Shown here piece after piece: positions 33,044 through 43,222 of a stretch of DNA of 64,000 bases (within the stretch, counting starts at the first letter, position 1; the number at the start of each line of letters is the position of its first letter). Source of the stretch: a virus; the IMG/VR virus record IMGVR_UViG_3300032579_000010, positions 31,016 to 95,015 of that record; one strand, 5' to 3'. The notes under the pieces were generated by a model that had not been told where the DNA came from, ran no database searches, and saw only the letters and a program-made list of their open reading frames with translations. Position numbers and translations under genes: made by a program.

Positions 33044-36000
33044 TAGGCGATGTCTCCTGTCACCAGCCAAGTGGCAGACGAGTAGCCCGTAACGTTACCG
33101 AGGAACATAGCCGTAGCAACTGAACCTGTAGTGCGGAGCGTTGGGGCATAAACAGTTGCGCCAGTGGAAATCACCGAACCAGAGGTGCCTGAGAACGAAC
33201 AGCCTGTTGTAGCCGCCACAACCGTAACGGACTGACCTGCGGTGAAGCCCGAAGTTGGCAGTGTGACCACAGCACTCGCCGTCAAGACAATGACGTTGTT
33301 GTAGTCAGTTGGCGACAGGGTGTACGAGCCAGTTTTCAGTGAAACCGAAGGGGTAGGCAAAGCGCCCTGAGAACCCTGCGGACCTTGTGGGATGTTCAGC
33401 GAAAGAACTGGTGCCGCTTGTGTGCCAGAGATGGTGGCTTGCGCACCTTGCGTGTAAGCAACCGTTCCAACCGTACCGATTGAGAACGAAGGCGTAATAC
33501 CAGTTGCGCCTTGGGCACCTGTTGAACCTTGTGACCCTTGTGCGCCAGTAGAACCCTGTGCGCCAGTTGCACCTTGGGCACCGTTTGAACCCGTAGAACC
33601 CGTAGCACCTTGTGGTCCTTGTGGGATGCCGAAGTTAAAGACCGCCGCTGATTGATTACCAGAGTTAGTAACAACTGCTTGGTTTCCAGCACCCAGAGTG
33701 ACCGTTGCACCCACTGTTATTGAAGCGGCGGAACCCTGCGCACCCGTAGCACCATTTGTACCGTTGGCACCTGTAGAACCTTGAGCGCCCGTCGAGCCTT
33801 GTGCTCCCTGTGCGCCAGTTGCGCCCTGAGAACCTGTTGCTCCTTGTGCTCCCGTTGCTCCTTGAGAACCAGTTACACCCTGAGCACCCGTAGCGCCTTG
33901 ACTACCAGTCGCTCCCTGAGCACCCGTTGAGCCTTGTGCGCCAGTCGAGCCTTGTGGTCCATTTGAACCAGTCGCTCCCTGAGCACCTGTCGCACCGTTG
34001 TATCCTTGCGGGCCAGTTAGACCAGTTGTACCTTGATTGCCTTGCGCCCCCTGCGTACCAGTAAGACCTTGTGCACCTTGCTGTCCAGTAGCACCTGTAA
34101 CACCTTGATATCCCTGTGTACCTTGTGCTCCTGTTGAGCCTTGTGCTCCTGTGTAGCCTTGAAAACCTTGATAGCCCTGATTGCCTTGAGTGCCCTGTGC
34201 TCCTGTTGTGCCTTGGTACCCTTGTGGTCCGTTGGCACCTGAAGCGCCCTGAACGCCTTGGCTTCCTTGTAGACCTTGTGCTCCTTGGGTGCCTTGAACA
34301 CCAAGCCCACCCTGAACACCTTGAGGCCCCTGAACGCTACCGACGCTAATCCACTCAGACTGAGCGACTGACCATACATAGATTTCAGTACCGACGATGT
34401 AGGCGTAGCCAGCCGTCACTGGACCAGTTGGGTAAGCGCCTTCAAGGTTCGAGTAAGTGGCGTATGAACCTTGAACGTTAAATGCTGTTCCAGCGACTCC
34501 TTGGTTACCCTGCGGACCGGCTGAGCCTTGCACACCCGTCGCACCCTGATACCCTTGCGGACCCTGAAGCCCAAACTGCTGAAAACCAACGGGGTCAACG
34601 CCGAGGGTGTCGGTTGACTTGAAGTTGGTAATCCAAACCGAGCCACCAAGAGAGGTGCCACGAAGCACTTGGACAATCGAGGCGGCGAGTTTGTTAGATG
34701 TGTCAATGTCATTGTCACGAACGGCAGAGAAACCTGTGGTGGAACCGTCTTGCATAACGACGTACACGCCGTTTTGTAGAGCAGTGTTTTGACCGACCAA
34801 AAGGAAGCGGTCACCAAGTGAGAGTGTGTAACCGTCAATCGTTAGACGACCAGCGTTGTTGTAGTTGATTACGTCTGCGTCAGTGGGATAGTCGTTGGTG
34901 TCGTCCTCGCCACGAACGTAGGTGAAGTTAAGGTTTGTATTGGAAACAACCTGAACTGGCTCGTGAATGTTGAACTGTGTGTATTGAGGTGAACCGTTCT
35001 CTCCGAGGTCGCCATACGACATAAGGAGTTGCCCAGCAGTGCCGTAACCACCAGCGATAGTCGGTACATACGCCACAGTGATTGGCGTTGTGCCAAGGGT
35101 GTCGGTTAACTTGGACTGAACCTGCCACGTTGTGCCACCATTTTCAGTGCCCTGATAGACCTGAATCAACGAGGCGGAAATCTTTTTCATTGTGTCGGCA
35201 TCGTTGTCACGACAGGCTTGGAACTTATTTACACCGTCGGTACCGTCGTGTATTACAACGTACAAACCATTTTGTTGAGCGTCAATCTGGTCTTTGAGAA
35301 GGAAGCGGTCATCTACCGCCAACTGGTGACCGTCAATAGTGATAGCGCCAGTAGTTGCCTCGGAAACCGTATCTACGCCGTGGGGCCAGTCATTCGTGGT
35401 GTTGTTGCCGACGGTGTAGGTAAGTTGGACGTTTCTAGTAGAGGCGACGATAACGGGTTCGTGAATGTTGTATTGAACAAACTGGGGCGGACCGTTGTAA
35501 CCGATATTGCCGTAGGACATGAGCAGTTGTCCTGCTTCGCCGTAGTTGGCGGTGTTCGCATTGGCGTAGAAGGGGATTTGGGTGGTTCCCAGCGTTCCTA
35601 GAGCAGACGCTCCGCATTGCCAAGTAGTTCCACCATTTTGTAAGCCTTCGTACACCTGAATAAGAGCGGCACCAATCTTGCCAATCGTGTCCATGTCGTT
35701 GTCACGGCACAGCACCCACTGATGGCTTGGTGAACCTTGAGCAAGGACAACATAAACACCGTTTTGAGTCGAGTCTGTTTGGTCTTTCAGCAACAAACGG
35801 TTGTCTGCCTGAACAGTCCAGCCGTCCACCAGCCAAGTGCCCGTGTAAGGGAAGGTCAGCGTGTCGGCGTAAGTAGGAATGTCATTGTTTGAGTTACCGC
35901 CGAGTACGAACGTACCTGCGATGTTTTCACCAGTGGTCGCCGCCATAACTGGTTCGTGAACGGCTGAGTTAATCCACTCTGGACCGCCGTTCTCGATGTC

Positions 36001-37215
36001 ACCGTATGACATAAGCAACTGTCCAGCAACACCAGCCGAGGTAACCCACGTTGCGCTACCGTCAGAAGCACCAAAAAGAACACCGCCGGGCGTAATGCCG
36101 AACGCTACTGGTCCTTGGTTACCTTGGTTACCGATTTGACCAGTCGTTCCTTGACTACCTTGAAGTCCTTGGAATCCTCGTACGCCCTGAAGTCCTTGTA
36201 CACCTTGTGCGCCCGTTACGCCTTGGATTCCTTGCGCACCCTGCACACCCTGTGTACCCTGTGCGCCCATTGTGCCTTGCGCACCAGTAACGCCCTGCGT
36301 ACCCTGTGGTCCTTGAGCACCTTGATAGCCCTGTACGCCTTGTGTTCCTGCGTTTCCAGTAACTCCTTGATACCCTTGGTTCCCTTGGTACCCCTGTGAG
36401 CCTTGTACTCCTTGTAGACCAGTCGTACCTTGTGGTCCGGTTGAGCCTTGCGCACCTACGGTACCCGTAGCGCCTGTAGCACCTTGGACTCCTTGAACAC
36501 CTTGAGCACCAACAAATCCTTGGTTGCCCTGTGCTCCCTGTGGTCCAGCAGAACCTTGGTTACCCTGAAATCCTTGATTTCCTTGAGCACCGATATACCC
36601 TTGGTAACCAGTCGCTCCTTGACTGCCTTGCGCACCTGTAGAGCCAGTTGAACCTTGGCTTCCTTGTGCCCCTTGGCTTCCTTGAGCGCCTGTCGTGCCA
36701 GTAGCGCCTTGTGGTCCTTGGATAAGTGAAGGTGAAGTCCAAGCAGGAGTGCCACTTTCGACGACGAGAACCTCGCCGTTTGTACCGATTGGCAGACGAG
36801 CAAACTGGTTTCCACCACTTGCGTAGAGGATGTCACCCTGTTCTTGAGCCAAAGCAACGGTATTAACGACAGCCTTGTTTGCTTCACGCAAGTCCTCGGC
36901 GGTGAACACGGGAATAACCGTTGAGCCAAGGGCGTGGGATTGGGCGCTGGTGTCGTCTTGACCACGAACAACGTTATTGATGACAAGTGCGCCAACAGAC
37001 CAGTTGTACGTTCCCTGTGGAACCCAAATCTTTTCCTGAGAGACAGTTCCGTAGTCGAGGCTTAAGTAGAAGCCAGCGATTTCACCAAGTGTGCCCCACG
37101 TTGCGTCCGTCCCGTTAATGAGGATGGTCGTGTCAGTGGGCAGGACGGCTGAAGCGAGCGTCGCTCCAATCGCACCACCAATGTAATCAACTTGCGAGTA
37201 AGCAATCCTTGACAT
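33043..37215 (-). CDS. Collagen-like fibre protein (1390 aa)
   Basis: Same N-terminal anchor as 24875..29923; one three-domain module shared with the 3776 aa protein; ends WLVTGDIA. Confidence 0.9.
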   Translation of the reverse strand: MSRIAYSQVDYIGGAIGATLASAVLPTDTTILINGTDATWGTLGEIAGFYLSLDYGTVSQEKIWVPQGTYNWSVGALVINNVVRGQDDTSAQSHALGSTVIPVFTAEDLREANKAVVNTVALAQEQGDILYASGGNQFARLPIGTNGEVLVVESGTPAWTSPSLIQGPQGATGTTGAQGSQGAQGSQGSTGSTGAQGSQGATGYQGYIGAQGNQGFQGNQGSAGPQGAQGNQGFVGAQGVQGVQGATGATGTVGAQGSTGPQGTTGLQGVQGSQGYQGNQGYQGVTGNAGTQGVQGYQGAQGPQGTQGVTGAQGTMGAQGTQGVQGAQGIQGVTGAQGVQGLQGVRGFQGLQGSQGTTGQIGNQGNQGPVAFGITPGGVLFGASDGSATWVTSAGVAGQLLMSYGDIENGGPEWINSAVHEPVMAATTGENIAGTFVLGGNSNNDIPTYADTLTFPYTGTWLVDGWTVQADNRLLLKDQTDSTQNGVYVVLAQGSPSHQWVLCRDNDMDTIGKIGAALIQVYEGLQNGGTTWQCGASALGTLGTTQIPFYANANTANYGEAGQLLMSYGNIGYNGPPQFVQYNIHEPVIVASTRNVQLTYTVGNNTTNDWPHGVDTVSEATTGAITIDGHQLAVDDRFLLKDQIDAQQNGLYVVIHDGTDGVNKFQACRDNDADTMKKISASLIQVYQGTENGGTTWQVQSKLTDTLGTTPITVAYVPTIAGGYGTAGQLLMSYGDLGENGSPQYTQFNIHEPVQVVSNTNLNFTYVRGEDDTNDYPTDADVINYNNAGRLTIDGYTLSLGDRFLLVGQNTALQNGVYVVMQDGSTTGFSAVRDNDIDTSNKLAASIVQVLRGTSLGGSVWITNFKSTDTLGVDPVGFQQFGLQGPQGYQGATGVQGSAGPQGNQGVAGTAFNVQGSYATYSNLEGAYPTGPVTAGYAYIVGTEIYVWSVAQSEWISVGSVQGPQGVQGGLGVQGTQGAQGLQGSQGVQGASGANGPQGYQGTTGAQGTQGNQGYQGFQGYTGAQGSTGAQGTQGYQGVTGATGQQGAQGLTGTQGAQGNQGTTGLTGPQGYNGATGAQGATGSNGPQGSTGAQGSTGAQGATGSQGATGAQGVTGSQGATGAQGATGSQGATGAQGAQGSTGAQGSTGANGTNGATGAQGSAASITVGATVTLGAGNQAVVTNSGNQSAAVFNFGIPQGPQGATGSTGSNGAQGATGAQGSTGAQGSQGSTGAQGATGITPSFSIGTVGTVAYTQGAQATISGTQAAPVLSLNIPQGPQGSQGALPTPSVSLKTGSYTLSPTDYNNVIVLTASAVVTLPTSGFTAGQSVTVVAATTGCSFSGTSGSVISTGATVYAPTLRTTGSVATAMFLGNVTGYSSATWLVTGDIA

Positions 37216-37244
37216 GAATCCCCTTCTATGGGGTCACCCGTCTA

Positions 37245-37919
37245 TTAGTTGCTCAACAACCAAGTAGGCGTGACCTGTAGCGTGTCGTTAGCACCAAGCG
37301 TCGGGCTTGAGCCGTCCGCAAAGTTGCTGAAGTAGTAAATGTTGCCTGAGTTGCCAGAGGCAGAGTCCGTAATGAAGTAGCCCGTGGCGGCAGTCCAAGT
37401 TCCCGTAGCAAGGAACGTCACTGGCTGACCAGCAGCACGTTTGCCCGATACAGCATCACCAGCGGTCACGGTTGCGCCACTTGACTGGTTGGAAGCCAGA
37501 GGTGAAGTGAGGATTACTTCGGTTCCCGTGGTAGCGGCAATAACCTTGGGGTCTTCAGTGCCAATAACAATGGTCATTCCAGCAAGCAAGCCAGTGGCTG
37601 AGGTGAGATTGACGTACCAGTTTCCTTCGGAAGCGTTGGCAGACAGAGTGGTCGTCAGAAGTGGCGACGAAGCGTTGTACGCAGTGGCAATCGTCGGGCT
37701 GTTGAAAGTAACGGCGATACGCTCGTAGCCAGAGCCGTTCATTTCAGCAAAACCAGAGTCAAAGTTTCCCAAAGTCGCAGTAGAGGCTGGTGTGCTCGTG
37801 GTGTTACCACCCGTTAAAAGACCAACGTAGTAGGAGACAGTAGAGGATGAGGGCATAGAACCAATGCTCAACTGGTTAAAGATTTTGGTTAAGCCTTGGT
37901 TGGTGAATACTTGCGCCAT
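37245..37919 (-). CDS. Virion structural protein (fibre-associated)
   Basis: YYVGLLT...EMNGSGYERIAVTF...ATGTWTAATGYFITD...GDTLQV-like pattern typical of small phage fibre-associated proteins. Confidence 0.6.
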   Translation of the reverse strand: MAQVFTNQGLTKIFNQLSIGSMPSSSTVSYYVGLLTGGNTTSTPASTATLGNFDSGFAEMNGSGYERIAVTFNSPTIATAYNASSPLLTTTLSANASEGNWYVNLTSATGLLAGMTIVIGTEDPKVIAATTGTEVILTSPLASNQSSGATVTAGDAVSGKRAAGQPVTFLATGTWTAATGYFITDSASGNSGNIYYFSNFADGSSPTLGANDTLQVTPTWLLSN

Positions 37920-37973
37920 AATGCTCCTAGAAGGTCGAGATTACTGCTTCTAGTCTGCCACAGATTTTACGAT

Positions 37974-38417
37974 TTATTGCCCTGCCCCACAGACGCAGTT
38001 TCCACCACAACCACCGCAGTTTTCCTCTTGTGAGGCGACCCATTCCTTATAAGTGATGAGTCCAATGACGGCGTAGTTGGCAAGGTCAATCCAACTGTCC
38101 TCGACTGATTCGTTTGCCATCTTTGCGCCCTTAGCGGCGTTACAAAGCCTTTTCACCTTGTCCATTGAGCGAACGAGTACGCCCTTCCACGCAGGAATAC
38201 CCAGTTCCTCACTGCCACGAACGTTGGCAAAAATGTCTACGTTGGTTCCGTAGTCTTTGCCCTTCTTAATGTGCAAGGCAAGCATTTCAGCAAGGATGGC
38301 ACGAAAACGTGGGTCGCCACCTTCGGGAAACTCGACTTTTTGCTTAGGGGTGATTTGACCAGCCTGTGTCACAGACACCCACGGAGGAAGGGGAAGGTTT
38401 TTCTTGTTCGTCGTCAT
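37974..38417 (-). CDS. Nucleotide-modification-associated (DUF1599-like) protein
   Basis: LHIKKGKDYG...FANVR...VRSMDKVKRL...ESVEDSWIDLANYAVI. Confidence 0.7.
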   Translation of the reverse strand: MTTNKKNLPLPPWVSVTQAGQITPKQKVEFPEGGDPRFRAILAEMLALHIKKGKDYGTNVDIFANVRGSEELGIPAWKGVLVRSMDKVKRLCNAAKGAKMANESVEDSWIDLANYAVIGLITYKEWVASQEENCGGCGGNCVCGAGQ

Positions 38418-38444
38418 AGTTTTTAACTATAACGGATTTCACCT

Positions 38445-38921
38445 TTACTTGCCAGACTTCTCCAAGTCAATAACAAGGCGGTGTATGTACTCGGTCATCT
38501 CTGTATTCTTGGCGAGTTCCGCCTTCAGTTCGTGGATTATTTCACTACTGGTACGAGAAATGGTCAAGTGAGAAAGTGCCTGTTCGGCAGAAACGGCATC
38601 GGCTCGCTTGGCGGCAATCAGCAGGATTGCGCCTTGTAAACCAGCCAGCATTGAAAGGAAAAGGTTTAGGAGAATGAAGGGATACGGGTCAAAACCCCTG
38701 TTTTTCAACCAGTAGACATTGACCAAAGCCCACAAAACCATGAAAAACAAGAACAAACCCACAAAGCCCCACGAACCCATACGGTTGCGCACAGCGTCAG
38801 CGGCTCTTTCACCACGAGTTAGTTCAGAACCAGTGCGAACGCCCGGTAGCGGATGCCACGGGTGTTTTGGGTCGTCCCACTCGCCGTCATCAAATCCGTC
38901 ATATTGGTTTAAGTGGCTCAT
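38445..38921 (-). CDS. DUF1003-family membrane protein
   Basis: LTRGERAADAV...GSWGF...FDPYPFILLNLFLSMLAGLQGAILLI. Confidence 0.85.
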   Translation of the reverse strand: MSHLNQYDGFDDGEWDDPKHPWHPLPGVRTGSELTRGERAADAVRNRMGSWGFVGLFLFFMVLWALVNVYWLKNRGFDPYPFILLNLFLSMLAGLQGAILLIAAKRADAVSAEQALSHLTISRTSSEIIHELKAELAKNTEMTEYIHRLVIDLEKSGK

Positions 38922-39283
38922 TTTGCCAACATTTCAGCACGAGTAATAATCTTGGCGTTTGCCAAAGTCTTTAGGGGTTTTGTGGCGTGTATGTCGAAGT
39001 AGTAAATCGGCTTGCCAAGGCTTAGGGCAATGGCGACCTCAATACGCACCTCGTGGTTGCTTCCCCACCAAGGTAGAACAATCATTGCGTCTGATTTCAG
39101 TAGTTCGCTCAGGTTGGCTTCTATTTGCCTTTTCTGGGCTTCCAAATCATCAGTCGCTGGGTGAGCCTCAACGTGACAATAAACGTCCAGTTCGTCCTTA
39201 CGAAGGCGCTTGAGTGCTTCAGCAAAGTTGCTGGCATTTCGGTCAGGCACACCCCAAGAGGGTCCTGACAAGTAGTACCTCAT
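38918..39283 (-). CDS. DUF4406 / nucleoside 2-deoxyribosyltransferase-like protein
   Basis: YYLSGPSWG...LLKSDAMIVLPWW...EVAIALSLGKPI. Confidence 0.7.
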   Translation of the reverse strand: MRYYLSGPSWGVPDRNASNFAEALKRLRKDELDVYCHVEAHPATDDLEAQKRQIEANLSELLKSDAMIVLPWWGSNHEVRIEVAIALSLGKPIYYFDIHATKPLKTLANAKIITRAEMLAK

Positions 39284-39291
39284 AAAAGGGG

Positions 39292-39648
39292 CTACTTAGC
39301 CTCGTCGGGCTTAACGTCGGACTTAGCACGACGTGGCTTTTCGGCAACAACGGTTGCCTTAGTGTCGGTGTCGGCTGACTTTTCAGCAGTTGCCTTCTTA
39401 GAGGCTGTTGCTGGCTTTGTTGCCGCTTCCTTTTCCGCTTGCTTCTTGGCTTCTTGAGCCTCGTGCTCAGCGGTAAGTGTGGCGATTTCCTTGCCACTCA
39501 AGGGCTTAACCCAGCCCTTTGTTTCAACGTACTGCTGACCCTGCCACGACCAGTTTTGGTTCGAGCAAAGTTCGCCAGCCTTCACCACCGAGCCGTCACT
39601 GTCTGTGAAGTCAATAACGGCTCGGTGGGAAAAGGTGGGCTTAGACAT
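39292..39648 (-). CDS. Small head-associated protein with Lys/Ala-rich tail
   Basis: Coupled to the capsid gene stop. Confidence 0.55.
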   Translation of the reverse strand: MSKPTFSHRAVIDFTDSDGSVVKAGELCSNQNWSWQGQQYVETKGWVKPLSGKEIATLTAEHEAQEAKKQAEKEAATKPATASKKATAEKSADTDTKATVVAEKPRRAKSDVKPDEAK

Positions 39649-40655
39649 TAGTTGTTGGTAATGCCTGACCAGAAGTAACCGAGGTCAGCAGCAACGACCT
39701 TGTTGTCGAAGGCGATTTCACCTTCAACACGGTCAGCCTTCAACTCTTCCATACGGAAGCGTGAAACACCGACAGTCGTTCCAAGACCACCCGAAACGCC
39801 AGTCCACATGAAGGTGTAACCAGCCGAAGGGGTCATAAGACCGGGGTTCGGAGCGGTGTAGCACAGAAGCGCAGAGTTACCAGCAACGAAGTTCATGTTT
39901 TCGTTACCGGGGGCGTTGTTGCCCTCAGCGCCAGTGTTAACCACTGCCTTTGCGACCAGCACACGGTCAACACCGAAGAGTTGCGCAAGCAAGTCCTCAG
40001 TGACGATTGCACCGGCTTGGGTGTACTTGTAACGGTCAACCAAGAGAGGGTGGTTCTTCAGGGTCTGGAATACCTTGTAGCCCAACACGAAGGTGTTTGG
40101 CTCGTAACCAGTGGTCTGAAGGATGGTCGCCTTAGCGATTTCCACCTCAGCGATTGGGTCAGAAGTGTACGAAGTCGGGCTAAGAACGTAGTCGTTCCAA
40201 ATCGTACCAATGTTGTTTGCGGTGGTCGTACCAGTTACGGTAGTACCCCAAACACCAGAGGTGAAGTAGTCCGAAGCCCACTGAACTTCACGACGGAGCA
40301 AGAGACGCTGAGTAACAAACTGCGTCGCTTCCATGTCGGGGTTCAAGGGGTTGTCTGCGTTAGCACGAGTCTGGTCACCGATGTCCTTGTGGAAGGCGTA
40401 CACGTCAGCCGTGTAGTTGTCGGTGGTCAGTCCGTAGCCTGAACCAGAAGATGCAGTTCCGTCAGCACGGCGTTGAGCCTCGTCACGGAACCAGTCATCC
40501 TTGGTGTACTTGAAGTACAGGTTGCTCTTCTTGTCAACCGGAACCGTTGGGAACACTTGGTCGGCAATGAAGTTGGCGGTGTTCTGAATGTACGCAACCG
40601 AGATGTTAGTCAAGATTGCGTCAATGTGAACATTATTTACGTTTGGCTGTGGCAT
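39648..40655 (-). CDS. Major capsid protein (HK97 fold, lambda-E-like family)
   Basis: HIDAILTNISVAY...FIADQVFPTVPVDK...PSAGYTF...KVVAADLGYF; follows decoration gene. Confidence 0.9.
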   Translation of the reverse strand: MPQPNVNNVHIDAILTNISVAYIQNTANFIADQVFPTVPVDKKSNLYFKYTKDDWFRDEAQRRADGTASSGSGYGLTTDNYTADVYAFHKDIGDQTRANADNPLNPDMEATQFVTQRLLLRREVQWASDYFTSGVWGTTVTGTTTANNIGTIWNDYVLSPTSYTSDPIAEVEIAKATILQTTGYEPNTFVLGYKVFQTLKNHPLLVDRYKYTQAGAIVTEDLLAQLFGVDRVLVAKAVVNTGAEGNNAPGNENMNFVAGNSALLCYTAPNPGLMTPSAGYTFMWTGVSGGLGTTVGVSRFRMEELKADRVEGEIAFDNKVVAADLGYFWSGITNN

Positions 40656-40673
40656 GGATTAGTCCTTTCTACC

Positions 40674-41093
40674 TTAAGCCGCACGGCTTGCGCTTGCGCA
40701 GTTGATAACAGCGGTAACGTAGTCGCCGCTGACACCAGCCGTAAGAGCAGTGCCGAGAATGTACTTAGTGGTGTCCGTACCGGGAACAATGGCAACAGCC
40801 TGACCCGAAGCGTTAATGCCCAAAACGGAACCAATGGAAATGTTGCCACCAGCAACAACCTTGGTCACACCCGAAACGGTAACTTCCGCTTCTGAGTAGC
40901 CAGAGTTGTACAACTTGGGGGCGTTCTGAAGAACACCAACAGGACGCTGGGTGGCGGCTGTAACAGCCGATGCCGATGTCGTGCCAGTGAGGGGGTTGCC
41001 AGCGACTACGAACTGAAACTGGTTCGACGACGAAAGCGACGAGTCAGCAATAAGCGTAATCTTGATGGCATATGGATTCTGTTCGTAAGCCAT
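40674..41093 (-). CDS. Capsid decoration/cement protein
   Basis: VGVLQNAP...AEVTVSGVTKVVAGGNI..G...ASGQAV...GTAL pattern. Confidence 0.8.
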   Translation of the reverse strand: MAYEQNPYAIKITLIADSSLSSSNQFQFVVAGNPLTGTTSASAVTAATQRPVGVLQNAPKLYNSGYSEAEVTVSGVTKVVAGGNISIGSVLGINASGQAVAIVPGTDTTKYILGTALTAGVSGDYVTAVINCASASRAA

Positions 41094-41095
41094 GA

Positions 41096-41989
41096 CTATC
41101 GAGCCTTCTCGCTAAGGTAAGCGGTGTAGAGGTCAGGGTTGCTCTGAGCAACTGACAACAGCGCAGACTCAAACGAAGGTGACGTACCGTTGGCAACAGC
41201 GGCCTTGGCAAGGTTTTCCATCTTCGAGAAAGCGTCGTCGGCGGCAACAGGAGCGTCTGAACCAACTTCGGTGAATACAGCGTTCGTCTCAGCAACAGCG
41301 TTAGCGCTGTCGAGAGCCTTAACTACTTCTGTAGCAAGAGTGCTGTCAGTCTCAGAAAGACGACGGAGAGCAGGTCCCACGATTGAAGGGTCAAGGTTTA
41401 GGTGTGACCACTGTGCTGCTTTGATTACTGCGGCTTCATCGGCACGGGCTTCACGCTCTGCGATGAGTGCTTGCTCTGAAGCGGCGGCCTTGCGGAGCGC
41501 TGCTTCTGAGTTTGCGGTTGCCTCGTCCAGCATCTTGCGGATGGCGGCGGGCATAGCCTTAATAATGTCAGCCTCACTAGCAGCCTCAGGAATAATAACT
41601 ACCTCTGGGGCAGTTACGTCTGAAGTGTTAGACATAGTTTCCTCCTTGGAAACAAAGGTTGTGAATACTTCCTCGGCGGTTGCCGATTCAGTTGCCTCGA
41701 TTTCAGTAGCCTTGTCCACTGCCGTTTCGTCAGAAACTTCTGGGACTTCTTCGGCTTCCTCAACAACCTCAACTTCAGGTGCTGATTCGGCAATGACCAG
41801 TTCCTCAGACTTTTCCAAGTCCTCAACGGGGGCTTCCACTGCTACTTCTTCGGGGCGCAGTTCGTCAAGAACCGCAGTCACATCGGTTGGGTTAGCAGAC
41901 TTCATGACGACCCAGCCTTCAGTGAGGTGAGCAGGGTGGTCTACACCGCTCGTCTCCTGAATGTTGAGGCGCACTAACTTTCGTGCCAT
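41096..41989 (-). CDS. Scaffold protein with N-terminal protease-strand motif
   Basis: Start MARKLV at 41989 (AAGGAG RBS); LNIQETSGVDHPAH...VMKS; acidic and helical; ends NPDLYTAYLSEK. Confidence 0.75.
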   Translation of the reverse strand: MARKLVRLNIQETSGVDHPAHLTEGWVVMKSANPTDVTAVLDELRPEEVAVEAPVEDLEKSEELVIAESAPEVEVVEEAEEVPEVSDETAVDKATEIEATESATAEEVFTTFVSKEETMSNTSDVTAPEVVIIPEAASEADIIKAMPAAIRKMLDEATANSEAALRKAAASEQALIAEREARADEAAVIKAAQWSHLNLDPSIVGPALRRLSETDSTLATEVVKALDSANAVAETNAVFTEVGSDAPVAADDAFSKMENLAKAAVANGTSPSFESALLSVAQSNPDLYTAYLSEKAR

Positions 41990-42046
41990 GCCTTCTCCTT
42001 TACGACTTCTTGCCAATGGATAATCCCATTGGTCTTGACTATCAGA

Positions 42047-42074
42047 AGCCTAAGAGAGGTTTTTTATTTGTCAA
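42047..42074 (-). promoter_or_regulatory. Putative sigma-A promoter of the scaffold/capsid operon
   Basis: TTGACA-16 nt-TAGGCT; -35 is one arm of a TGTCAAG-N8-CTTGACA inverted repeat. Confidence 0.55.
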
Positions 42075-42095
42075 GGGTTGTTGCTTGACAGGCGA

Positions 42096-42911
42096 CTACC
42101 AAGGGTAGTTTTCCTCAACTTGGAACAGAGGGCAAATGTCCTTAAACGAACACCACTTGTCACAGAGGTTGTTCTTGTAGGCAGGAAAGTACTGTGCGTC
42201 GTACCACTGCTCAATCTTTTCCCAAGCGTCACGGACACGCTGTTCGGCGTATCGAACGTGCTCGTCGGTAACCTCGACAATGATTTCCTTGCCAAACTGG
42301 ACATACATAAGGCGGATTCGGGTCGGGCGCTCGCCCAGTACCCTTTCGCAGAGGTAGGCGTAGATTTTGGCTGGCAGGATTGCTGAATCCTTGTAGCGGT
42401 CTTGTGGAACCTTGCCAGTCTTGTAGTCCACGATTTCCAAATCACCATTGGGCATACGGTCAAGGCGGTCAAGGATTCCTCGCAGAATCCACCCACCCAT
42501 ATCCACGTCCATCGATATTTCGATACCCTCGCTGGTGATTTCCGTGGGGTTTTCCATAGCGAAGTAGGTGCGTATGTACTTGGCAACGTCGGCGGCGAGT
42601 GACTGAACACCAAGGCTGTCAAGTTCCATTTCCTCAGCGATTTCGTCGGTGACGAGGATTGGGAACTTCTCTCGCATTATCTCCATTGTCAGGTCAATAG
42701 TGCGGTCTTGTGGTGTTCCTTGCGTCAAAAGGAACATTTCCTCAAGGATTTCGTGGAAGATGGTTCCTCGGTACGTTGCCATTTTCTTTTTCTCAGGCAA
42801 ACGCTGTACCGTGGTGTATTGGTACTGCCGTGGGCACGTCTCAATCTGATTGACACGGCTTGGTGATACGCCGTAGGGCTTTTCTCCTAAGGTAACGGGA
42901 GTACTGGACAT
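42096..42911 (-). CDS. RecB/Cas4-like PD-(D/E)XK exonuclease
   Basis: SPSRVNQIETCPRQY, RGTIFHEILE, LRGILDRLD...IVDYKTGK, LCDKWCSFKDICP. Confidence 0.9.
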   Translation of the reverse strand: MSSTPVTLGEKPYGVSPSRVNQIETCPRQYQYTTVQRLPEKKKMATYRGTIFHEILEEMFLLTQGTPQDRTIDLTMEIMREKFPILVTDEIAEEMELDSLGVQSLAADVAKYIRTYFAMENPTEITSEGIEISMDVDMGGWILRGILDRLDRMPNGDLEIVDYKTGKVPQDRYKDSAILPAKIYAYLCERVLGERPTRIRLMYVQFGKEIIVEVTDEHVRYAEQRVRDAWEKIEQWYDAQYFPAYKNNLCDKWCSFKDICPLFQVEENYPW

Positions 42912-42955
42912 AGTTCTACACTCTAGTAGATAGGTGTGACAATAACAAGGTTCGT

Positions 42956-43222
42956 TTAGAACAATGTTTGGAACTTGTTGTATTCCCGTGACTTGCGCAA
43001 CAACTTGTTGATTTTCTCGGCAAGGTCAGTAGCCGAGTCTGCGTCACGAGTGAATACGCTGAAGTCCTGCATTGGGGCAATCAATCCACCGACGTTCTCA
43101 CGGCGGATAATGCGCAGTTCAGCACTGTCCTTGTCAGCAAAAACAACGTACTCATACGAGTCGTCTCTTGCTTCGAGGATACCCAGTTCCTTGGCTACCC
43201 ACTTAAGGCGACGGCGAAACAT
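42956..43222 (-). CDS. Hypothetical protein
   Basis: Coupled ORF. Confidence 0.55.
   Translation of the reverse strand: MFRRRLKWVAKELGILEARDDSYEYVVFADKDSAELRIIRRENVGGLIAPMQDFSVFTRDADSATDLAEKINKLLRKSREYNKFQTLF

Noticed and set aside
13777-36995. Many plus-strand and alternate-frame ORFs over the collagen genes
   Set aside because: Shadows of the 9-nt periodic G-X-Q coding pattern; no RBS and low-complexity translations
41190-41930. 246 aa plus-strand ORF
   Set aside because: Antisense shadow of the Ala/Glu-rich scaffold gene
42096-42911. Cas4 as evidence of a CRISPR-Cas system
   Set aside because: Stand-alone RecB/Cas4-like nucleases are common in phages; no array or other cas genes
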